Part shown: in pieces, positions 10,212 to 18,703 of the stretch
How positions within the stretch are numbered: the stretch's first letter is position 1
Layout of the letters: each line of letters begins with the position of its first letter
Assembly: GCA_965247115.1 (NCBI GenBank)
Contig: CBDFGR010000003.1
Location: 1,728,001 to 1,792,000 of the forward strand
Reading direction: 5' to 3'
Length of the DNA: 64,000 nt
Source of the DNA: Myxococcota bacterium
GTDB lineage: Bacteria > Myxococcota_A > UBA9160 > SZUA-336
Program-made: the position numbers and the translations under genes
Notes under the pieces: generated by a model
What the model was told of the DNA's origin: nothing
The model's database searches: none
Seen by the model: only the letters and a program-made list of their open reading frames with translations

Positions 10212-11714
10212 GTGGGGAATGGCACGAGCGCCGCGGTCGCATCGGGACACCCGGCCGTCACGGAGGCCGCCTGCGAGGTGCTCCAGTCCGGGGGCAACGC
10301 TTTCGATGGCGTCGTGGCGGCGGGCTTCGCGTCTGCCGTTGCGGAGCCCGCACTCACCAGTCTGGGAGGCGGCGGCTTCTGTCTGGCTTGCCCGGCCGGT
10401 GCGCCGGCACTGCTCTTCGATTTTTTCGTCGACAGCCCTGGTCGCGGGCTCGACGCGAGCGCGTTGGAGCCTCACTTCCTGCCGGTGACGGTACGCTTTC
10501 CCGGTGCGGACCAGGTGTTCAACGCCGGTCACGGCTCGGTCGCGGTGCCGGGGAACCTGCGCGGCTACCTGCATCTGCTAGGTCGACTGGGGCGTCTGCC
10601 CCTCCGGGAGGTAATCGCACCCACCATTCGCCTGGCGCGCGACGGGCTGCTCGTGAACGACCGCCAGGCCTACTTTTTCGAGCTCCTTCAGCCGATCATG
10701 GCCCTCACGCCAGCGGGTCGGGCGCTCTACGAGCCGGAAGGCACCACCCTGCGCGCCGGCGAGCGCTTCGCCAACCCGGATCTGGCAGCGTTCCTCGAGG
10801 AGCTGCCGCGTGGCGGCGATCGCGAGCTCTACGAGGGCGGACTCGGCCTTCGGGTTGCGCGCGAGATGCGCGAGGCGCATGGCCTGCTCACGGCGTCGGA
10901 CCTTGCCGCCTACGCCGTGGTGGAGCGGGATCCCTTGGAGGTATCGTACCGGCGGCTGCGCCTCCTGACGACGCCTGCGCCCTCGCTCGGAGGTCCGCTC
11001 TTTGCGTTGGGTCTGCGCCTGCTCGAGACGTGTGACCTCGACGGGATCGCCTTCGACAGCTCGACGTGTCTGGCGACGCTGATCGCGGTCCAGCAGGAGG
11101 TCGAGCGGCGCCGCGGGGAGGAAGAGCTCTCCCCTGGCGCGTTTGGCGAGAGCGTGGCACGAGTGCGCACATCGTCGGGAGGCACAACGCATGTGAGCGT
11201 GTGCGACGCGGAGGGGAACGTGGCCAGCATGTCGACCTCAAACGGCGAGGGCTCGGGCTATCTGGTCCCCGGTACGGGGATCATGCTGAACAACATGCTC
11301 GGCGAGGACGATCTGCACCCCGATGGCTTTCACGCCAGCCCGCCCGGACAACGTGTGGCGTCGATGATGTGTCCGTCTCTCGTGCTCGACGAGCGTGGCA
11401 TCGCCCTCGTCGTCGGGAGCGGCGGCAGCAAGCGGATCCGTAGCACCCTCCTGCAGGTGATCTCGGCCGTGTTCGACTTTGGTATGTCGCTGCGGGACGC
11501 GATCGAGGCGCCACGCGTCCACTGGGACGGCGAGTGCGTCCAGGTCGAGCCCGGCTTCGACGCCGCGGTCATCGAAGAGCTCGCCCGCCGCTGGCCCACG
11601 AACCGCTGGTCCGTGCAAGACGTCTACTTCGGCGGCGCGCACGCCGTCTCCCCGCGCGGCGAAGCCGCCGCCGACCCCCGCCGCGACGGCTCCGCAAAGC
11701 TAATCCGCCCGTAA
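10212..11714 (+). CDS. ggt: Gamma-glutamyltransferase
   Basis: GGNAFD, SLGGGGF, SVAVPG, TTHVSV (catalytic Thr), LNNMLG, GSGGS. Confidence 0.9.
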   Translation: MGNGTSAAVASGHPAVTEAACEVLQSGGNAFDGVVAAGFASAVAEPALTSLGGGGFCLACPAGAPALLFDFFVDSPGRGLDASALEPHFLPVTVRFPGADQVFNAGHGSVAVPGNLRGYLHLLGRLGRLPLREVIAPTIRLARDGLLVNDRQAYFFELLQPIMALTPAGRALYEPEGTTLRAGERFANPDLAAFLEELPRGGDRELYEGGLGLRVAREMREAHGLLTASDLAAYAVVERDPLEVSYRRLRLLTTPAPSLGGPLFALGLRLLETCDLDGIAFDSSTCLATLIAVQQEVERRRGEEELSPGAFGESVARVRTSSGGTTHVSVCDAEGNVASMSTSNGEGSGYLVPGTGIMLNNMLGEDDLHPDGFHASPPGQRVASMMCPSLVLDERGIALVVGSGGSKRIRSTLLQVISAVFDFGMSLRDAIEAPRVHWDGECVQVEPGFDAAVIEELARRWPTNRWSVQDVYFGGAHAVSPRGEAAADPRRDGSAKLIRP

Positions 11715-11737
11715 TCCCCGTCCACGGCAAGCGCGCA

Positions 11738-11993
11738 AGAGCCCCGCCTCAGTGACCAGAAGTTCCGACTTCGGCCAAACAAGTAATAATTAAGGACCGT
11801 CCCTAAGTTCTAATTCCCAAACAAGTTCGGATTAAGGACCGTCCGCAAGTTCGGATTCCGAGGAGAACCGGCAACCTCCTCCGGGGCTTGGCAACCTTGC
11901 AAGCGCCGCGGGAGCGGCGCGCGCAGCGAAGGCCTCGGGCCTGAGCGGAGGTGGGTGGCCGCGGCCGCCCGCGGCCGGGTCCCACAAGACTAG
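11738..11993. repeat. Composite repeat copy A: two REP-like 22-mers plus the ~95-bp GC-rich palindromic element (11898-11993)
   Basis: Near-identical reverse complement at 22256-22468; this copy has an extra ~42-bp unit. Confidence 0.9.
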
Positions 11994-13225
11994 TACACGA
12001 GCCCGGCGATGGCCCCGGTGAGGAAAGTGGCCAGGGAGCCGGCGATGAGCGCGCGGATCCCGTCTCGGGCAATGTCGTGGCGGCGCTCGGGCGCGATGCC
12101 GCCGAGCCCTCCGATCAGGATTGCCAGCGACCCGAAGTTCGCAAAGCCACAGAGCGCGTAGCTCGCGATGACGACGGAGCGGGGCTCCAGTGTGTCCCGT
12201 ACGTTCGCCAGCAGCTGGTAGCCGAGGAACTCGTTCAGGATCGTCTTGATCCCGAGCATCTCGCCCACCACCGGCGCGTCGGCCCACGGTACTCCAAGCA
12301 GAAACGCGACTGGAGCGAGCAGGAGCCCCAGGATCCGCTCCAAGCTGAGGCCGTCAATCCCGGCCAAACGGCCAGCCCAGGCCAGGCATGCGTCGAGCCC
12401 GTAGATGAGCGCGACGAAGGCGATCAGCATCGCGCCAATGTTGAGGGCCAGCCTCATCCCATCGGCGGCGCCGCTGGCGGCCGCGTCGATCACGTTCACC
12501 GTGTCGCGGGAGATCTCGATCCGCGCGCCGCCGAGCGACGCGGGCACCCCCTCTTCCGGCACCATGATCTTGGCGATCGCCACCGCCGCGGGCGCGGACA
12601 TGAAGCTGGCAGCGATCAGATGGCCGGCGTAGTCCGCCCCGACCAGCCCCATGTACGCGACGAGCACGGAGCCCGCGACCGTGGCGAGTCCCGCCGTCAT
12701 CACGCAGAAGAGCTCGCTGCGGGTGAGGCTCGCGACGTACGGGCGCACAATCAGGGGAGCTTCGGTCATGCCGAGGAACACGTTCGCGATCGTCGCCAGC
12801 GACTCAGCCCCGCTGATCTGCATCGCGCTCCGCAGGCCGCGCGCGAGCCAGTCGACCACTCGTTGCAGGATTCCCAGGTGGTAGAGGACGGAGAAGATGC
12901 TGGCCATGAAGATCACGATGGGAAGCACGCGGATGGCGAAGACGTAGGGCAGCACGACCGGCTCGCCATCGGCGCCCATCACGCGCTCCGGCCAGGTACC
13001 GAACAGGAAGTCGATGCCCACGTCCGCGGCCGCGATGAACCCGGCGGCGGCGGCGTTCACCGCCTCGAAGAAGACCGCTCCCCAGGCCGTGCGCAGCACA
13101 AGGCCCGCGATCAGGAACTGGAGCAGCATGGCCACGACGACGGGCCGCCACGCGATGCGTCGCCAGTTCGTGGAGCCGAGGGTGGCCAGGCCAAGGAGCA
13201 GTGCGATACCGACGAACGCGATCAC
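11990..13225 (-). CDS. NupC/CNT family nucleoside:cation symporter
   Basis: ANVFLGMTEAPL, ATVAGSVL, MSAPAA, KTILNEF, YALCGFANFGS. Confidence 0.9.
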   Translation of the reverse strand: MIAFVGIALLLGLATLGSTNWRRIAWRPVVVAMLLQFLIAGLVLRTAWGAVFFEAVNAAAAGFIAAADVGIDFLFGTWPERVMGADGEPVVLPYVFAIRVLPIVIFMASIFSVLYHLGILQRVVDWLARGLRSAMQISGAESLATIANVFLGMTEAPLIVRPYVASLTRSELFCVMTAGLATVAGSVLVAYMGLVGADYAGHLIAASFMSAPAAVAIAKIMVPEEGVPASLGGARIEISRDTVNVIDAAASGAADGMRLALNIGAMLIAFVALIYGLDACLAWAGRLAGIDGLSLERILGLLLAPVAFLLGVPWADAPVVGEMLGIKTILNEFLGYQLLANVRDTLEPRSVVIASYALCGFANFGSLAILIGGLGGIAPERRHDIARDGIRALIAGSLATFLTGAIAGLVY

Positions 13226-13854
13226 AAGTGTTCCGCGAACGCGCGGGTTGCTGCGATTGGGTCAGACGCATCGGCGATGGCCGAGATGACCGCGGCGGCA
13301 GCCGCACCGGCGCGCGACACCTCCACAGCATTCCCAGCGTCGATCCCGCCGATGGCGACGACCGGACGCCCAGCCTGCTTCACGGCTTCCGCCAGCATGC
13401 CCGGACCGCGGGGCTGCCACTCGCTCCGCTTGGACGCCGTGCCGAAGACGGGACCAAAGCCGATGTAATCGATGGGCCGTTGCCGGCTCTCGCATACCTG
13501 ATCCAGGGTGTGGGTGGAGAGACCGATGAGCAGACGCTCGCGCAGCGCTGCGGGAACTCGCTCCGGTGCGAGGTCGTCCTGCCCGAGGTGCACGCCGTCC
13601 GCCCCGCCGAGGTCGGCAAGATCGAAGCGATCGTTCACGATCAGGAGTGCTCCGGCGCTGCGCGTCCGCTCGACCGCCCAGCGCACGAGTGTCAGGGCGT
13701 CCCGATCTCGCGTGTGCTTGAGCCTGAGCTGTAGCGCGGTCGCGCCCGCGAAGAGCGTGGCCTCGACTACCGAGCGCGGGTCGTGTCGCCAGCGCGGATC
13801 GTCGTCCGCCAGCGGGTAGATGCCCCTCAGGAGCGTGAGGGCAGCATCCTTCAC
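13222..13854 (-). CDS. thiE: Thiamine-phosphate synthase
   Basis: QLRLK, IVNDR, GVHLGQDD, GLSTH, GPVFGT-SK, VAIGGI. Confidence 0.92.
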   Translation of the reverse strand: MKDAALTLLRGIYPLADDDPRWRHDPRSVVEATLFAGATALQLRLKHTRDRDALTLVRWAVERTRSAGALLIVNDRFDLADLGGADGVHLGQDDLAPERVPAALRERLLIGLSTHTLDQVCESRQRPIDYIGFGPVFGTASKRSEWQPRGPGMLAEAVKQAGRPVVAIGGIDAGNAVEVSRAGAAAAAVISAIADASDPIAATRAFAEHL

Positions 13855-15269
13855 GAGATATCGATCCCGAGCTCCGAGATTTTCTTGCGTAGCGTGTTGC
13901 GATTGATGCCGAGCAGGCTCGCCGCCTGGAGCTGATTGCCGCCGGAGCGGGTCAACGCCTCGCTGATAATCGAGTGCTCGAGTCGCTCCACGAAGCTCCA
14001 GTAGTGGCCGCGCTCTCCCGACTCCGCGCTTGTATCGAGCAGGCGCGCGTAGTCGCGTCGCGCGACCTCTGTCCAGTCCACGCTCTCGGTGCGGAAGAGC
14101 GCCGTTGCACTCTCTATGTCCGCGGGTGTGATGACGTCGCCCGAGGCGAACACGAGCGCGCGCTTGATCACATTTTCGAGCTCTCGCACGTTGCCTGGCC
14201 AGCTGTGGCTCTCGAGCAGCTCGAGAGTGGCCTCGGTTGGCCAGCGTTCGGGCACGTTCAGCTCCCGTGCGAAGCGTCCCACGAAATGATGCACGAGCGG
14301 CGGGATGTCGCCCTCCCGTTCGCGCAGGGGGGCGATCCGGATCGGCACGACGTTCAGCCGAAAGTACAGATCCTCGCGGAATTGCTTTCGTTCAACGCGA
14401 TCCTCCAGATCCTGGTGCGTCGCCGCAAGGATCCGCACGTCGATCGGGATGGGACCCTTGCCTCCGAGCGGCGTCACCTCCTTCTGCTGCAGGACGCGCA
14501 ACAGCTTGGCCTGCAGCTCTTGCGATAGGTCTCCGATCTCGTCCAGCAGCAGGGTCCCGCCCTCGGTCTCGCGGAAGCGGCCGGCTCTGGCCTCGCTCGC
14601 TCCGGTGAACGCGCCGCGCTCGTGTCCAAAGAGCTCCGCCTCGATCAGCTCGCTCGGCAGGGCGGTCATGTTGATGGCGGCGAAGGGAGCCTCGCGCCGT
14701 GCGCTGTGGTAGTGGATGGCGCGCGCCACGAGCTCTTTGCCGGTCCCGCTCTCGCCGAGGATGAGAACGGCGGCGTCGCTGGGCGCGATCCGTCCGATCA
14801 GCTTGTAGGTCTCCAGCATGCTCGTGCTCTGCCCGACGAGCACCTCGCCGCCACGAAACGAGTTCCCCACCTGACGGCGCAGCTCCTGCATCTCGCCCCG
14901 CATGCTTCGAAGTTGCCGCGCCTTCTGGACGAGGCCTTCGACCTGCTTCAGGTCGAACGGCTTCGGCAAGTAGTCGAACGCCCCGCGCTTCATGGCCTCG
15001 ATCGCGGTGTCGAAGGTGTTCATGGCGGTCATGATCACGATGACCGGTCCTCCCGGCTCACGCGCGCGGAGCTCTTCGAGCAGATCGAGACCACTGTCCC
15101 CCGGCATGCGTACATCGAGAAACGCGACGTCGAAGCGTTCCCGGCCGAGACACTCGCGTGCCTGGTCGGCGTCTGCTGCTTCGACCACGCTGTGTCCGGC
15201 GTCCTCGAGCGCCTCGCGCAGCACGAAGCGAATCGACACCTCGTCATCGACGACCAGGATTCGGCTCAC
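13851..15269 (-). CDS. ntrC: Sigma-54 response regulator, NtrC-like (REC-AAA-Fis HTH)
   Basis: GESGTGKE, FGHERGAFTGA, WPGNVRELEN, LGINRNTLRKKI; GTG 15269 overlaps the ntrB stop. Confidence 0.82.
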   Translation of the reverse strand: MSRILVVDDEVSIRFVLREALEDAGHSVVEAADADQARECLGRERFDVAFLDVRMPGDSGLDLLEELRAREPGGPVIVIMTAMNTFDTAIEAMKRGAFDYLPKPFDLKQVEGLVQKARQLRSMRGEMQELRRQVGNSFRGGEVLVGQSTSMLETYKLIGRIAPSDAAVLILGESGTGKELVARAIHYHSARREAPFAAINMTALPSELIEAELFGHERGAFTGASEARAGRFRETEGGTLLLDEIGDLSQELQAKLLRVLQQKEVTPLGGKGPIPIDVRILAATHQDLEDRVERKQFREDLYFRLNVVPIRIAPLREREGDIPPLVHHFVGRFARELNVPERWPTEATLELLESHSWPGNVRELENVIKRALVFASGDVITPADIESATALFRTESVDWTEVARRDYARLLDTSAESGERGHYWSFVERLEHSIISEALTRSGGNQLQAASLLGINRNTLRKKISELGIDIS

Positions 15270-16345
15270 GGATGGCTCCGCAGCGGGAGCAGGACGCGTA
15301 CGTGCGCGCCCCCTCCCGGCTCGCTCGACACCTGAATGTGTCCGTCGTGGCGCACAGTCCAGTGCTGCGCGATGGGCAACCCGAGCCCGGTGCCACCGCT
15401 CGTCTGCGTGAAGAACGGCGTGAAGATGTGTGGCAGGTGCTCCGCAGAGATGCCCGGCCCCGTGTCCTCGACGTCGAGTCGCATCATTTGTTCGGGGCGC
15501 TGGCCGGGTGACAGCTGGTAGTTCGTCTCCACCCGGGTGCGCAGGGTGAGGGTGCCCTTGCCGCACATCGCCTGCACGGCGTTGCGCATCAGGTTGAGGA
15601 AGGCCTGAGCCATGCGGTCCGAGTCGATCTCCAGCTCGGGGATGCTGGGGTCGTACTCGCGCCGTACCTCGATCTCGCGCCAGGTCTCGGAGTGGCTATG
15701 GAGCTCGATCAGATTGTCGAGCACGCGGTGTACGTTCGTCGGTCGAAGGGCGAGCTCGCCGCCGCGCGTGAGCTCGGCGAGGTCACCCAGTAGACGGCGC
15801 ATTCGGTCCGTCTCGTCGCGGATCAGCTCGGGGAAGCGCCGCAGATCGTCTGTCCCGAGCTTGCCCAGCAGCAGCTCGGCTGCGCCGCGGATGCCGCTCA
15901 GTGGATTTCCGAGCTCGTGGGCGATGCCCGCCGCCAGGTGCGCGAACAGCTCCGAGCGCGAGCGCTGGTCGACCAGCGCCTCGAGCTCCCGACCGATCGT
16001 TCGGTCGCGCAGGGTCACGACCGCTCCTTCCCCTGTTTCCAGACCGATCGGTGAGGCCGCCAGATCCACGACGAGCGAGCTCGAGCTCAGCCTGGGCCGG
16101 ATCGCACACGCGTGGGAGGACACGGGCCGCTCCGCCCGGAGTGCCTCGGACACGAGCAGGGTCACGGGGTGATCGGCGCCCACGGATTCGGCCAGCGTGC
16201 GCCCCACGCTGAACTCCGAAGACGTGCCCAGGATGCGGCTCGCCTCCCCGTTCTGAAGCTCGATCCTGTCGTTGCCGTGGACCGCGATGATCCCGACGGC
16301 AACGGAGTCCAGGATGGCGTCCAGCCGCTCGTCCTTTTCGGTCAT
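15266..16345 (-). CDS. ntrB: PAS sensor histidine kinase, NtrB-like
   Basis: AHELGNPLSGIRGAA, YDPSIP, NLMRNA, DTGPG, GTGLGL. Confidence 0.82.
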   Translation of the reverse strand: MTEKDERLDAILDSVAVGIIAVHGNDRIELQNGEASRILGTSSEFSVGRTLAESVGADHPVTLLVSEALRAERPVSSHACAIRPRLSSSSLVVDLAASPIGLETGEGAVVTLRDRTIGRELEALVDQRSRSELFAHLAAGIAHELGNPLSGIRGAAELLLGKLGTDDLRRFPELIRDETDRMRRLLGDLAELTRGGELALRPTNVHRVLDNLIELHSHSETWREIEVRREYDPSIPELEIDSDRMAQAFLNLMRNAVQAMCGKGTLTLRTRVETNYQLSPGQRPEQMMRLDVEDTGPGISAEHLPHIFTPFFTQTSGGTGLGLPIAQHWTVRHDGHIQVSSEPGGGAHVRVLLPLRSHP

Positions 16346-16374
16346 ACTTACGCTCGCTCCTGCGGAGCTCCGTA

Positions 16375-16397
16375 GATTGCCTAAGAATTAGGCAATC
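16375..16397. promoter_or_regulatory. Perfect inverted repeat, NtrC/Fis-type operator
   Basis: GATTGCCTAA-GAA-TTAGGCAATC; core TGC-N11-GCA has NtrC-box geometry; lies between divergent ntrB and moeA. Confidence 0.7.
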
Positions 16398-16415
16398 CTA
16401 ACTCGAGGGGGACGG

Positions 16416-17672
16416 ATGCGCGAGCCCGAGGTCAAGGCAAGGCGGGTCTCGGTGACGGTGGCCGAAGCCAGAGAGATCATCCTGAGCTCGGTTCAGCCGC
16501 TGGGGCAGGAGACCATCGACCTGTCCGAGGCCGGCGGCCGCGTCCTGGTGGAAGAGGTCAGGGCGGACATACACATCCCTCCCCACGACAACTCCGCCAT
16601 GGACGGCTTTGCCGTCCGCGCGGAGGATGTCCGCACCGTGCCAGCGGAGCTGTCCGTGGTGGAGGACCTTCCAGCGGGACGCCGCAGCCAGAGGAAGCTG
16701 GGACCCGGTGAGGCCGCCCGGATCATGACCGGCGCGGCCGTTCCAGAGGGTGCGGACTCAGTGGTCATGGTGGAGGAGACCGCGAGCGCGGGCAATCGAG
16801 TCACGATCAAGCGCGCGCCGAGCAAGGGCGAGTTCGTGCGGAGAGCGGGGTCTGACGTGGAGCCGGGCTCGCTGATCGCCGAGCCGGGTGCGGTGATCGA
16901 GGCTCCGCTCGCGGGCATGTTGGCGGCCATCGGTCGCACCACGCTCAGTGTGGCGGCGCGGCCCCGAGTCGCGATCATTGCGACCGGGGACGAGCTGGTC
17001 GAGCCCGATCGTCTGCGGGAGGACGGCAGGATCGTGAGCTCCAACTCCTACTCACTGCGCGCGGCGCTACGGGAGCTCGGCGCAGAGCCCGTCTACCTGG
17101 GGATCGCACCGGACGAGCGGGAGCAGATCGAGGCACGCTTTCGGCAGGCGCTGGGCTGCGACGTGGTCGTGTCGACCGGGGGCGTCTCCGTCGGGGATCG
17201 GGATTGGATCAAGGAGGTGCTGGCGGACCTCGGCGGTGCCATGCGGCTGTGGCGCGTGAACATGCGACCCGGTGCTCCGCTCGCGTTCTCCGTCATCGAC
17301 GGCAGGCCAGTCTTCGGTTTGCCGGGCAATCCGGTCTCGACCCTGGTCACCTTCGAGGAGTTCGTGCGCCCGGCCCTGTTGCGCATGATGCGCCACACGA
17401 ATGTGTTCCGCCCCGTGGAGCCCGCGACGCTCGCCGAGACCTACGAGAAGCCGGCCGGTCGCATGCACCTCCTGCGCGTGCGTCTGGAGGACCGCGACGG
17501 TCGCCGCTACGCCGTCTCGACCGGCGACCAGACCTCGAACATCCTGCTCTCCATGGTCCGCGCCGATGGGCTGGCGATCATCCCCGCGGAAGTGGAACGC
17601 GTTCGCGCGGGCACGGAGGTCCCGGTCCAGCTGCTGCGCCGCGACGACCTGCGCGCGGATCCCGGCTTTTGA
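16416..17672 (+). CDS. moeA: Molybdopterin molybdotransferase
   Basis: SAMDGFA, IMTGA, TGDEL, SN, TGGVSVG, GLPGNPVS. Confidence 0.95.
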   Translation: MREPEVKARRVSVTVAEAREIILSSVQPLGQETIDLSEAGGRVLVEEVRADIHIPPHDNSAMDGFAVRAEDVRTVPAELSVVEDLPAGRRSQRKLGPGEAARIMTGAAVPEGADSVVMVEETASAGNRVTIKRAPSKGEFVRRAGSDVEPGSLIAEPGAVIEAPLAGMLAAIGRTTLSVAARPRVAIIATGDELVEPDRLREDGRIVSSNSYSLRAALRELGAEPVYLGIAPDEREQIEARFRQALGCDVVVSTGGVSVGDRDWIKEVLADLGGAMRLWRVNMRPGAPLAFSVIDGRPVFGLPGNPVSTLVTFEEFVRPALLRMMRHTNVFRPVEPATLAETYEKPAGRMHLLRVRLEDRDGRRYAVSTGDQTSNILLSMVRADGLAIIPAEVERVRAGTEVPVQLLRRDDLRADPGF

Positions 17673-18187
17673 GGCTTGCCCACGTCGAGGCTGCGATTCT
17701 CACGGGAGGGATGGATCGGAACGACGCACCGCTTCTCGCTCACGTCGTAGAGACGCTCTCGGAGTGCGTCGAGCGGGTGCGCCTGGTGACCAGACCGGGA
17801 GAGTCAGCCCCGCTCGAGCTCGAGTGCATCGAAGATCACTACGCCGAGCGAGCTCCTCTGGTCGGAATCCACGCCGCGCTGGCCGCGTGTGAGAGCGGCG
17901 CGGTGCTGGTCGCGGCCTGCGACCTGCCACCGGTCGATCCGCGCCTGGTCCTGGCCCTCCTGGCGCTGGTCCCCGACGAGGACTCGCACGAGATCGTGGC
18001 CCCCCAGAGCAGCGGCGGCGGTCCGGAGCCCCTGCTGGCCGTCTACCGTCCCACCCTCGTCCCCGAGATCGCCCGCCGGATCGAAGCCGGAGAGCTAGCG
18101 CTCATGCCGTTGCTGCGCGACGCGCGAACCCTCCTCATCCCGAACGCAGACCTCCGCTCCATCGACCCCAGAAAAAGTCAAGATTAA
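17669..18187 (+). pseudogene. mobA: MobA-like Mo cofactor guanylyltransferase, degenerate or truncated
   Basis: AAILTGG, PLVGIHAAL, ACDLP, EPLLAVY present; lacks S-RMG-DK and the terminal N-NTP; stop falls inside a REP-like 22-mer; TTG start overlaps the moeA stop. Confidence 0.6.
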
Positions 18188-18204
18188 GGACCGTCCCCAA
18201 GTTC
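18183..18204. repeat. Isolated REP-like 22-mer ATTAAGGACCGTCCCCAAGTTC
   Basis: Matches 11789-11810, 11831-11852, 22396-22417 (reverse complement), 22525-22546 and 22568-22590 (degenerate). Confidence 0.85.
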
Positions 18205-18208
18205 CGAT

Positions 18209-18703
18209 CTAGCGGGGTTTGGTGCGGCGGAGGAGGCGCGAGGTTCGTACTCCAGGGGTCTGGCGCAGGAGGACGAACTCGCCGCCGAGGGACTCGATCA
18301 ATGCTTGCTCGGCTGGTCGGGTGCCGCGGTACTCGCCGCCCTTGCAGACGACGTCGGGCTCGAGCGCGCGGATCAGCTCTACCGGCGTGTCCTCGCCGAA
18401 CAGCACCACGTAGTCGACACACGCCAACCCGGCGAGTAACTCCGCGCGCTGTCGCTCTGGCAGTACGGGCCGCCCCGCTCCCTTGAGCTCCCGCACCCGT
18501 TTGTCGCGGTTCAGACCGATGACGAGCAGGTCGCCGAGGGCGGCGCTCTCCTCGAGTGAGCGCAGGTGTCCCACGTGCAAGATGTCGAAGCAGCCGCTGG
18601 TGAAGATCACCCGCCGGCGCGCGCGACGCTGCACGGCGAGGATCTCGCGCAGCGCCCTACGGCTCTTGATCTTGTCCCGAGCCGGAGTTGTTGTCTTCGC
18701 CAC
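18209..18703 (-). CDS. rfaE2: ADP-heptose adenylyltransferase (RfaE domain II / HldC-like)
   Basis: FTSGCFDILHVGH, GLN-D..LKG-GRP, VDYVVLFGEDTP, KGGEY. Confidence 0.88.
   Translation of the reverse strand: MAKTTTPARDKIKSRRALREILAVQRRARRRVIFTSGCFDILHVGHLRSLEESAALGDLLVIGLNRDKRVRELKGAGRPVLPERQRAELLAGLACVDYVVLFGEDTPVELIRALEPDVVCKGGEYRGTRPAEQALIESLGGEFVLLRQTPGVRTSRLLRRTKPR

Noticed and set aside
11789..11852. 22-mer repeats as a mini CRISPR array, given the Cas4-like nuclease in the window
   Set aside because: At most two adjacent copies, ~20-nt gaps, dispersed in both orientations, and no cas1/cas2 or effector genes
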